DNA of 52,651 nucleotides from an uncultured Zetaproteobacteria bacterium (GCA_964505835.1 CAZDJY010000001.1:1-52651), one strand, 5' to 3'. Numbered from the stretch's first letter, positions 17,723 to 25,084 are shown. Notes: generated by a model not told the origin, from the letters alone. Made by a program: numbers and translations.

Positions 17723-18064
17723 ATGCATAATGTTTCAAGACGACGGATTTCTCTACTCATGCTTGCTCCTGCGGCAGCGCTGATGTTGTTAATGGCAGCG
17801 CCGGCACAGGCTGATGAGGCCGAGCTTTCAGGTTTCGATGCCAATCATGATGGCAAGATCACCATGTCCGAGGTGATGCGCCATATCCGCCCGGCTATCC
17901 AGAGTGGCTTTGATGCGATGGATCGCAATCACGACGGTGTATTGTCCAAGGATGATTTTAACGATGTCAGCGAGGGCATGCACAAGTTTCAGCAGTGGCT
18001 CGATGAACTGCTCAGGCCGTTTATGTCATCAACCGATCGCGAGGGAAAAACGCAGGAGTTCTAG
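17723..18064 (+). CDS. Exported EF-hand calcium-binding protein
   Basis: Signal peptide ending AQA|DE and two EF-hand loops (DANHDGKITMSE, DRNHDGVLSKDD). AGGAGG lies 6 nt before ATG 17723. Confidence 0.75.
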   Translation: MHNVSRRRISLLMLAPAAALMLLMAAPAQADEAELSGFDANHDGKITMSEVMRHIRPAIQSGFDAMDRNHDGVLSKDDFNDVSEGMHKFQQWLDELLRPFMSSTDREGKTQEF

Positions 18065-18218
18065 GGATGCTTTGAAAAAGTCAGGGCTTCCGCGCAGGCC
18101 ATGGATGGCCTGCCAAAATCAAGCGCGTAAGTGCTGATTTTGTGAGTAAAGGCAAAACCGCGCTTTTGCCTTTACGTACTGAAAAACGACAAGGACGTAG
18201 TTTTTCAGACCTTCCTTA
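18062..18218 (+). repeat. Structured intergenic element, copy B (full length)
   Basis: Aligns end to end with 22394-22551. Its first triplet, TAG, is the stop codon of the EF-hand gene. Confidence 0.9.
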
Positions 18219-18242
18219 GAGCTTCCCTATGACAGGTTGATG

Positions 18243-18467
18243 CTAATTCCGACTTTGTTTCCGGGCACCGCTGAATAGCGGCATGGCTCCCGCCACCTCA
18301 TGGCCGTGAGCTGTGGCTTCGCTCTGGGCGGCGATCAGCTGCTTGGCAGTCAGTTCGGCATACGGCTTGCACTTTCGGCGTTTGCGGCATTGGCATGAGA
18401 CGCAGGCGGTTAGTTCGTTCTGAAAGCCGTGTTCCTTGCCGCGGCGGATGCACCAGATCAGGCTCAT
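18243..18467 (-). CDS. Possible small Cys-rich basic protein
   Basis: 74-aa ORF with C-x15-C-x2-C-x-C-x5-C (WCIRRG...ACVSCQCRKRRKC). Weak SD and no family recognised. Confidence 0.25.
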   Translation of the reverse strand: MSLIWCIRRGKEHGFQNELTACVSCQCRKRRKCKPYAELTAKQLIAAQSEATAHGHEVAGAMPLFSGARKQSRN

Positions 18468-18515
18468 GGGTGGATCGCCCTACGGCCGATGGTTGGCAAG
18501 GCAGAGTGATGGATG

Positions 18516-18809
18516 CTACAGATCCGCCAGGGTGATGGATGCCAGCGCATCCTTGAATTCCGCCTTGCGGCTCAGCCACAGCCGGGCCAGCAGGAATGAC
18601 ACCTGTTTCAGATAAATCAGGATCAGCACCATGGCGATGGCCGATAGCCCCTGCGTCCACAGCATGCCTTCCAGTCCCTTGTCGACCAGCATGGCGTAGG
18701 TGAAGAAGTAGATCGACAACGTCAGCGCGATAAATACGCCGATAACCACGGCAATGTTTTCCTGTATCTTTTTTACCCGACTGATCAAATCCTGCGACTT
18801 TTCTGACAT
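18516..18809 (-). CDS. Small two-TM membrane protein, unknown function
   Basis: AGGAG lies 6 nt before ATG 18809. Two hydrophobic helices (IAVVIGVFIALTLSIYFF; LSAIAMVLILIYL). Confidence 0.5.
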   Translation of the reverse strand: MSEKSQDLISRVKKIQENIAVVIGVFIALTLSIYFFTYAMLVDKGLEGMLWTQGLSAIAMVLILIYLKQVSFLLARLWLSRKAEFKDALASITLADL

Positions 18810-18940
18810 GGAACACTCCTGATGGCTGGATATTCGCAATGATAAGGGCCGATCCTCCGGCTTGGCAATGAACGGCAGCGTAAGATGTATGAAGAGGCGA
18901 GCCTGAACCCGATTTGCTTGCAGCCTGCCCCGCTTGCCGG

Positions 18941-19402
18941 CTATGAAGCAGCAGACTTCATATGCCGGGTCAGGAAACGGTCGAGTTGATTGGCGAAGGC
19001 GGTGCGATCGGCATTGGAAAAGGCGGCCGGCCCTCCGGTGTTAATGCCGCTGCCGCGCAGCTCGTCCATAAAATTACGCATGGTCAGGTACTGCTTCACA
19101 TTGGCTTCGGAATAGAAGGTGCCGCGCGGATTCAGCGCATGTCCCTGACCCGCGATCACATCGGCGGCGAGCGGGATATCGGCGGTAACGACCAGGTCGC
19201 CCGGCTGCATGCGCGCCACGATCTCGGTATCGGCCACATCCGCGCCGGCGGCGACTTCGAGCATATCGATGTGCGGCGATTTCGGAATGTGCAGGCGTGT
19301 GTTGGCGACCATCGTCATTTTCAGACTCGTGCGCGCCACTGCGCGAAACAGGATTTCCTTGATCACCTTCGGGCAGGCATCGGCATCGACCCAGATATGC
19401 AT
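18941..19402 (-). CDS. yaiI: YaiI/YqxD (DUF188, UPF0178) family protein
   Basis: Family-typical N-terminus MHIWVDADACPKVIKEILFRA. The ORF track's longer N-terminus (to 19525) runs through the repeat and the G10 tract, so it was trimmed. Confidence 0.8.
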   Translation of the reverse strand: MHIWVDADACPKVIKEILFRAVARTSLKMTMVANTRLHIPKSPHIDMLEVAAGADVADTEIVARMQPGDLVVTADIPLAADVIAGQGHALNPRGTFYSEANVKQYLTMRNFMDELRGSGINTGGPAAFSNADRTAFANQLDRFLTRHMKSAAS

Positions 19403-19459
19403 GGCGGAAGGCTTGCCCGATGGAGGCATGTCGTCAAACTCGGTGATATAACGGTTGCC

Positions 19460-19469
19460 GGGGGGGGGG
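19460..19469. repeat. G10 (C10 on the yaiI strand) homopolymer
   Basis: Ten consecutive G, counted directly, at the breakpoint of the truncated repeat copy. It lies 57 nt upstream of the yaiI ATG. Confidence 0.9.
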
Positions 19470-19555
19470 CTCACAAAATCAGGCACTGACGCGCATGATT
19501 TTGGCAGGCCATCCATGGCCTGCATGGATGCTCTGACTTTTTCAGATCATCCTCA
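19470..19555 (-). repeat. Structured intergenic element, copy C (first ~86 nt: hairpins H1-H3 only)
   Basis: The reverse complement aligns with 22394-22478. Its first triplet, TGA (19555-19553), is the stop codon of the DUF992 gene. Confidence 0.9.
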
Positions 19556-20047
19556 GGGGCGCGCCGGTTCAAGATAGAGATAGGTCAGCCCGAGTGTCGC
19601 GCCTGCGCCGCTATTTCGTACCGCAGTCGGTTGCAGCAAGATGCTGCGGTCGCGCTTCTGCAAAGGTGCCGAGCCTCCGGCCTGCACGCCGAGACTGGCG
19701 CCTCCGCCGGCGCCCGAATATCTGCCTGCCAGCTGTTGTGTGCCGAAGTGGAAGTGCTCAGCCGCCACGACATAAGCTACACGGCTGCGCCGGTTAATGT
19801 TCACATCCAGACCGAAGCCGATGCCGGTCTCGCCCTTGTAATATTCAATCGCATTGCCGCTCTCCGGCTTGAACGTACATGTCACCTCACGGGTCGAATG
19901 GATGAGCAGATTGATGCCGGAATCGGGAACGATCTTGCATGTCAGCATGCCCACCTTGGGCGGCGGGGCACTGATCGGATCGGCATGCGGGATACAGCCC
20001 GTACTCAGCAGCAGGATGCACAGAGTCGCGATGACCGGATACCGCAT
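19553..20047 (-). CDS. DUF992-like lipoprotein
   Basis: Lipobox LLSTGC and a Gly-rich C-terminal half (GAGGGASLGVQAGGSAP...GAGATLGLTYLYL) as in DUF992. AAGGAGG lies 5 nt before ATG 20047. Confidence 0.65.
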   Translation of the reverse strand: MRYPVIATLCILLLSTGCIPHADPISAPPPKVGMLTCKIVPDSGINLLIHSTREVTCTFKPESGNAIEYYKGETGIGFGLDVNINRRSRVAYVVAAEHFHFGTQQLAGRYSGAGGGASLGVQAGGSAPLQKRDRSILLQPTAVRNSGAGATLGLTYLYLEPARP

Positions 20048-20209
20048 GTTTACCTCCTTGTGTTCATCATCAGCATAGACCATCTCGCAGCGCTACGTAT
20101 ACCGTTTGAGTAAGGTCGCTTCGGGCAGGCTGCTTCTGACAGAGTTTGATGTAAGTTCATTCGCCGTTTCCTGACTGACGGGCATGGAGCATCGAATGAG
20201 GGCGCGCCT

Positions 20210-20959
20210 ATGGGTATGACATTTTCATGGGTCGGCAGATCGCTGGCGACGGCACTGACCAGACAGAGGCATGTTCACCGGGCCAATCCGCTGTATTCGG
20301 AAGCAACGTTGCTGGCATGCCTGCAGCCGGGCGATGTACTGCTGGTCGAAGGGAATAACCGTGTCGGCTCGGTGATCAAGTATCTGACCCAGTCCACCTG
20401 GTCACACTCTGCCCTGTATGTCGGCGATTATCTCCAGGGCGGCGATGCCTTTATCGAGGCGGATATTGTCGAGGGGGTACGCAGCGTTGGTTTCGGCGAG
20501 TTTGTCGGCATGCATACACGCATCTGCCGACCTATCGGCCTGTCGCAGGCGGATGCGCGCAAGGTCTGTGAATTCGCCATCAACCGCCTCGGCAGCCAGT
20601 ATGATTTACGCAATGTGGTGGATCTGGCACGCTATTTTCTTCCCGGCATTCCCATTCCCGCCCGCTTCAGGCGTCAGTTTCTGGCTATCGGCAGCGGCGA
20701 TCCGACGCGTGCCATCTGCTCAACCCTGATCGCTCAGGCATTTCAGCTGATCCATTATCCGATTCTTCCTTCTGTCAGTGTTCAGGACAGGGGCAATCCG
20801 GACTGTCCGGGCTGCGTGGAAGAGGTGTACAAGGTTCGGCATCACAGCCTGTTCACGCCGCGCGACTTCGATGTGTCGCCATACTTTCGTATCGTTAAAG
20901 CGCTGGATTCAGGGGATTTCGATTATAAATCTCTACAGTGGAAAGATGACGCGGCCTGA
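20210..20959 (+). CDS. YiiX/DUF830-like permuted papain-fold (NlpC/P60 superfamily) protein
   Basis: GDVLLVEG...WSHSALYVG and a later Cys in AICSTLIAQAF fit the permuted His...Cys arrangement. Assignment is from memory. Confidence 0.5.
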   Translation: MGMTFSWVGRSLATALTRQRHVHRANPLYSEATLLACLQPGDVLLVEGNNRVGSVIKYLTQSTWSHSALYVGDYLQGGDAFIEADIVEGVRSVGFGEFVGMHTRICRPIGLSQADARKVCEFAINRLGSQYDLRNVVDLARYFLPGIPIPARFRRQFLAIGSGDPTRAICSTLIAQAFQLIHYPILPSVSVQDRGNPDCPGCVEEVYKVRHHSLFTPRDFDVSPYFRIVKALDSGDFDYKSLQWKDDAA

Positions 20960-21080
20960 ATGAGTGAAAGCCAAAAAAATACGAATCAAAGTTTGCTCTA
21001 TGTGTAATCAACCCAGCATGATTATGAAGATATACTGTTATGGTATGATTGTACCAATAGACCTCTCCACGCCCCATCAA

Positions 21081-21116
21081 TAAAAAAGGCTGCTATCACA
21101 ATGGATAACAGCCTTA
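21081..21116 (-). terminator. Intrinsic terminator downstream of nrdJb
   Basis: The minus strand reads AAGGCTGTTATC-CATTGT-GATAGCAGCCTT followed by TTTTATT. Confidence 0.75.
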
Positions 21117-21169
21117 TTGGTTAAATGAGGAGAATAAACCCTATCTCATAAGTTTACACATTAGATATC

Positions 21170-21808
21170 CTATCCACATTTACTGTCGCCACACTCCAAA
21201 CAAGTATTGCAGTTATCCAGCCGAATCACAGCCATCGCGCCGCATTTGTCGCACAGGTTTCCTTTGGCGACGGCATCGGCACCTAATTTCTCCGTGGCTT
21301 CCAGACGCTTGGCCTCCAGTTCCGGCGTGGACAGTTGGCCTTCCATCATGCCGATGGCTACCAGATGCTGCTGAATCACCTCGCCGATCTCGGCCACGAT
21401 GGATGGCATATATTTGCCGCCGCGCTTGTAGTAGCCGCCACGCGGATCAAATACAGCCTTCAACTCTTCAACCAGGAAAGTGACATCGCCGCCCTTACGG
21501 AAAATGGCCGAAGTGATGCGGGTCAGCGCCACAATCCACATAAAATGCTCCATATTCTTGGAGTTGATGAAGATTTCAAACGGACGGCGGTGCGCATCCA
21601 GGGAGCCGGCATTGACGACCACATCATTGATGGTGATGTACATGGCATGCTCGGAATTCGGCGTCTTGATCTTGTAGGTCGTGCCTTCAAGAACGTCATC
21701 GCGCTCCAGCAGCGGCGCAATGGCGGTGATATTGTTTGCCTGCTCCTGCTCGCTCTCGGGTTTGACGACCTCAAAGCCGGTGATTTTGTGCTCAATCTTC
21801 GTTGCCAT
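21170..21808 (-). CDS. nrdJb: Class II ribonucleotide reductase, C-terminal piece (NrdJb, TSCPD-type domain)
   Basis: The core PFEIFINSKNMEHFMWIVALTRITSAIFRKGGD matches the TSCPD-domain piece of split NrdJ. C-terminal Cys cluster CDKCG...CNTCLECGDSKCG. AGGAG lies 7 nt before ATG 21808. Confidence 0.75.
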   Translation of the reverse strand: MATKIEHKITGFEVVKPESEQEQANNITAIAPLLERDDVLEGTTYKIKTPNSEHAMYITINDVVVNAGSLDAHRRPFEIFINSKNMEHFMWIVALTRITSAIFRKGGDVTFLVEELKAVFDPRGGYYKRGGKYMPSIVAEIGEVIQQHLVAIGMMEGQLSTPELEAKRLEATEKLGADAVAKGNLCDKCGAMAVIRLDNCNTCLECGDSKCG

Positions 21809-21810
21809 AT

Positions 21811-22014
21811 TCATTCTCCTGCGGTTTCGCTGTGCATCCATGTGAGTCTGTTCGTTTCGGCCTTGGCAGTGATGCGGCTGTCGTCCGTATTCTTGGCCAG
21901 ATTATCGCTCAGGCCTGTCGAAGCCTGTTGCGGATTGCCTTCAATGTAGTCGCGAAACATCTGTTCCAGATGCGCCCACGACTGTTTTTCCTGTATATCC
22001 CCTTGCTTTTGCAT
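21811..22014 (-). CDS. Hypothetical 67-aa hydrophilic protein immediately upstream of nrdJb
   Basis: GGAGG lies ~4 nt before ATG 22014. The stop TGA 21813-21811 lies 2 nt before the nrdJb ATG. No family recognised. Confidence 0.4.
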   Translation of the reverse strand: MQKQGDIQEKQSWAHLEQMFRDYIEGNPQQASTGLSDNLAKNTDDSRITAKAETNRLTWMHSETAGE

Positions 22015-22022
22015 TTCCCCTC

Positions 22023-22295
22023 CTATCTCGCCGCCAGCAATCGCTGCATCTGCATGCGAATGTTGCGCCGGGAGATTGCTTGCCCGGGCATCAAATGGTG
22101 CAGCGCCAATTCGCCTCTGTGCGAGGCCACCGGGCGCTGCTTCCGGTGCGTGCGGGCGGCATGTTCTGCCGGGCGGGCTGCCGCATGTGGCAGGGCCGCC
22201 ATGACCCACAGATTGATCGGCGGGAAACGCAGTTCCGGCCAGTCAATGTTTGCCGCAGGGGACGCAGAAGAAAAACCTTGATCCGGGTTGTTCAT
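22023..22295 (-). CDS. Hypothetical 90-aa protein between nrdJa and nrdJb
   Basis: AGGAGG lies 6 nt before ATG 22295. Its stop TAG overlaps the SD of the next small ORF. No family recognised. Confidence 0.4.
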   Translation of the reverse strand: MNNPDQGFSSASPAANIDWPELRFPPINLWVMAALPHAAARPAEHAARTHRKQRPVASHRGELALHHLMPGQAISRRNIRMQMQRLLAAR

Positions 22296-22393
22296 GCATG
22301 CCCTCCTGTTGCTCAACTCCTGCGACACAGCCCCTGTCGCCACGAAGGAATAAAAAAAGCTTTAATCCTTCGCATCCTTCGCGGTAAAATCGT

Positions 22394-22551
22394 TAAGGAT
22401 GCGCTGAAAAAGTCAGAGCATCCGTGCAGGCCATGGATGGCCTGCCAAAATCAAGCGCGTAAGTGCCTGATTTTGTGAGCAAAGGCAAAACCGCGCTTTT
22501 GCCTTTGCGTACTAAAAAACTACAAGGGCGTAGTTTTTTAGACCTTCCTTA
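22394..22551 (+). repeat. Structured intergenic element, copy D (full length, reference copy)
   Basis: Five hairpins: 22397-22423, 22426-22445, 22446-22475, 22479-22508 and 22514-22539. The last triplet, TTA, is the nrdJa stop codon on the opposite strand. Confidence 0.9.
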
Positions 22552-24729
22552 AAACTTACCGTAATACCCTTCCTTCAGAGCATCGAACAGGTTGGCCGCG
22601 GTATGCATTTCGCCATCGTACTCGACCTCTTCGTTGCCTTTCAGTTCCATTGTGCTGCCATCCTCGAGCTTGAAGCGGTAGGTCGTATTGGCCAGATCCT
22701 CTTCCTTAACCAGTACGCCCTGGAATGCCTCGGGATTGAAGCGGAAAGTGGTACAACCCTTCAGGCCCTGCTCGTAGGCATAAAGATAGATGTCCTTGAA
22801 ATCCTCGTACGGGAAATCGGTTGGCACGTTGGCGGTCTTGGAGATGGACGAATCCACCCAGCGCTGGGCCGCAGCCTGGATATCGACATGCTGCTTCGGC
22901 GTCACCTCGTCGGCGCTGATAAAATACTCCGGCAGCTTGATCGCATCGTCCTCGGCGAACGGCATCGCATCCGGGTTAATCAGCTCACGGTAGGCCAGCA
23001 GTTCGAAGGAGAACACGTCCACCTTCTCCTTGCTCTTCTTGCCCTCGCGGATGACGTTGCGGGCATAATGATGCGCAAAGCTCGGCTCGATGCCGTTGGA
23101 AGCATTGTTCGCCAGACTTAATGAAATGGTGCCGGTCGGGGCGATGGAGGAATGATGTGTGAAGCGGCAGCCCTTCTCGATCAGCGCATTGAGCAGTGCA
23201 GCATCTTCCGGTTTGCCGGTCTCGGCGAACTTTTTCATGTAGCGCGAATATTTGCCCCACAGCACACGTCCGCTGACCTTGTCGCCGAGGCTGATGCCAT
23301 CAGCGGCCAGTTCCGGACGCTTGGCCAGCATCTCGGCGGTGACTTCATATTCCTTGTCCAACGCCGGCGCGACACCCTTCTCCTCGCCCAGTTCCAGGCC
23401 GACCTTGAAGCCGGTGCGCGCCATCTCGTAGGCGATCTGCTCGGTGAATTCGAGTGATTCCGGCGAGCCGTAGGGCGTGCGCAGCATGGTCAGGGCGCTG
23501 CCGAGGCCGAGGAAACCCATGCCATGGCGGCGTTTGCTCATGATCTCGTCGCGTTGTTTGCCCAGCGGCAGGCCATTGATCTCGACGACATTATCAAGCA
23601 TGCGGGTGAACACGGACACCACCTCGCGATAGGCATCCCAGTCGAACCATACGTCTTTGGTGAACGGATCGCGTACAAACTTGGTCAGGTTGACACTTCC
23701 CAGCAGGCAGGCGCCGTAGGGCGGCAGCGGTTGTTCGCCGCAAGGATTCGTGGCGCGTACATTCTCGCAGAACCAGTTATTGTTCATGTCGTTGACTTCA
23801 TCAATCAGGATGAAGCCCGGCTCGGCGTAATCGTAGGTCGAGGCCATGATGACATCCCATAGCCGGCGCGCCTTCATGGTCTTGTAGACGCGGCAGGCGG
23901 TCAGACCGCGATCATCGTGAATTGAGCCCTTGGGCGGGTTAGCGACATGTTTGAAGACGATGCGGGTATCCTCGTCGTCCATCTCCGTCTGACTGGCCGG
24001 AAAGACCAGATCCCAGTCGCTATCGTGCTTGACCGCTTCCATGAAATCGCGGGTGATCAGGCAGGATAGATTGAACTGGCGCAGACGCCCGTCCTCGCGC
24101 TTGGCACGGATGAAATCGATAATGTCCGGATGCGAGATGTCGAAGGTGCCCATCTGTGCGCCGCGGCGGCCGCCAGCGCTGGACACGGTGAAGCACATCT
24201 TGTCGTAGATATCCATGAACGACAGCGGCCCGGAGGTGTAGGCGCCGGCGCCGGATACATAAGCACCCTTCGGACGCAGGGTGGAGAACTCGTAGCCGAT
24301 GCCGCAGCCCGCCTTCAGAGTCAGGCCTGCCTCGTGCACCATGGACAGGATGCCGTCCATCGAATCGGGGATGGTGCCGGAGACGGTACAGTTGATCGTC
24401 GAGGTAGCCGGCTTGTGCGCTTCGGCTCCGGCATTGGACATGATGCGACCGGCCGGGATGGCGCCGTTGGCCAGCGCCCAGACGAAGCGATTATGCCAGA
24501 ACTCGCGCTTTTCCTCATCCTCGACCGCTGCCAATGCGGTAGCGACACGGTCGTAGGTGGCCTGAATGTCGGCATCGACGCTATGGCCGAACTTGTCCTT
24601 CAGACGATATTTCTTGTCCCAGATATCCAGAGATGCTTCCTGGAATGGAATATCGGCGACACTGGTGTGTGCGGTATCCGGCTGTTCGTTGATGGCAGCG
24701 ACGTTCGTGGCCTGTGTGGTTGCGCTCAT
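22549..24729 (-). CDS. nrdJa: Adenosylcobalamin-dependent (class II) ribonucleotide reductase, large piece
   Basis: Active-site loop RATNPCGEQPLPPYGACLLGS, SSIAPTGTISL and GCGIGYEFSTLRPKG. At 726 aa it lacks the C-terminal TSCPD/Cys-tail region, which is encoded separately. Confidence 0.9.
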   Translation of the reverse strand: MSATTQATNVAAINEQPDTAHTSVADIPFQEASLDIWDKKYRLKDKFGHSVDADIQATYDRVATALAAVEDEEKREFWHNRFVWALANGAIPAGRIMSNAGAEAHKPATSTINCTVSGTIPDSMDGILSMVHEAGLTLKAGCGIGYEFSTLRPKGAYVSGAGAYTSGPLSFMDIYDKMCFTVSSAGGRRGAQMGTFDISHPDIIDFIRAKREDGRLRQFNLSCLITRDFMEAVKHDSDWDLVFPASQTEMDDEDTRIVFKHVANPPKGSIHDDRGLTACRVYKTMKARRLWDVIMASTYDYAEPGFILIDEVNDMNNNWFCENVRATNPCGEQPLPPYGACLLGSVNLTKFVRDPFTKDVWFDWDAYREVVSVFTRMLDNVVEINGLPLGKQRDEIMSKRRHGMGFLGLGSALTMLRTPYGSPESLEFTEQIAYEMARTGFKVGLELGEEKGVAPALDKEYEVTAEMLAKRPELAADGISLGDKVSGRVLWGKYSRYMKKFAETGKPEDAALLNALIEKGCRFTHHSSIAPTGTISLSLANNASNGIEPSFAHHYARNVIREGKKSKEKVDVFSFELLAYRELINPDAMPFAEDDAIKLPEYFISADEVTPKQHVDIQAAAQRWVDSSISKTANVPTDFPYEDFKDIYLYAYEQGLKGCTTFRFNPEAFQGVLVKEEDLANTTYRFKLEDGSTMELKGNEEVEYDGEMHTAANLFDALKEGYYGKF

Positions 24730-24890
24730 GCGGCTTCCTCCCCCAATGCGATGCTTCGCTATCCGGCGTGGCTTTTAAATAAGATGGTGAATCGGTAACC
24801 CTATTTAATTTAACAGCCAGCTTGTATGGCAAGAGCATGTTGAATGGCGCATGCCCGCTGCCGGAAGCGATGTCTCAGGCGCCAGTGTAG

Positions 24891-24938
24891 ACACTATATC
24901 TTGGGTGTCAAGCAATCCGAGGCCACCAATAGTGGTGT
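24891..24938. promoter_or_regulatory. Candidate NrdR operator (one good box plus a degenerate second box ~32 bp away)
   Basis: ACACTATATCTTGGGT (24891-24906) matches about 14 of 16 positions of the remembered NrdR-box consensus acaCwAtATaTwGtgt. CCACCAATAGTGGTGT (24923-24938) keeps the palindromic arms but has a poor core. Confidence 0.4.
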
Positions 24939-24965
24939 TTTTCACATGCACAATCCATACACTGT

Positions 24966-24974
24966 TTATCCACA
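24966..24974. promoter_or_regulatory. Perfect DnaA box (TTATCCACA) in the nrdJa/ubiE divergent intergenic region
   Basis: Exact 9-mer TTATCCACA, read directly. It was the only exact match I noticed in the window. Confidence 0.5.
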
Positions 24975-25084
24975 AGCTGTCCACCGGTTATGCAATGTTG
25001 CGGTAGTCTGATACCCCCTGGAAAGACCCCAATGACAGCGTGCTTATTGGAGAGTGGCCTGCCTCCTGATACGATGCGCGACCC

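Noticed and set aside
18941-19525. The longer 194-aa version of the yaiI ORF, starting at 19525.
   Set aside because: The extra 41 residues are translated from the repeat copy and the C10 tract (giving PPP). DUF188 proteins begin at the MxIWVDADACP motif found at 19402.
20626-20642. TGGCAC-containing sequences at 20626 and around 5567, checked as sigma-54 promoters because pilR is present.
   Set aside because: Both lie inside coding regions (the YiiX-like gene and ggt) and lack the TTGC -12 element at the right spacing.
20960-21169. A 210-bp AT-rich ORF-free spacer between the YiiX-like gene and nrdJb, considered as a possible sRNA or promoter island.
   Set aside because: Apart from the nrdJb terminator (21081-21116), I found no convincing -35/-10 pair, no second terminator and no conserved structure. 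There is not enough evidence for any call.
18062-22551. Repeated sequence copies considered as a possible CRISPR array or tandem repeat locus.
   Set aside because: The copies are 1.2-18 kb apart, in both orientations, ~157 bp long and separated by ordinary genes. There are no regularly spaced short repeats and no cas genes.
24730-24890. Looked for a cobalamin riboswitch in the nrdJa 5' region, because the enzyme is B12-dependent.
   Set aside because: I could not find a B12-box-like core or the expected multi-stem junction. As I recall, B12 riboswitches typically repress B12-independent isozymes rather than nrdJ.
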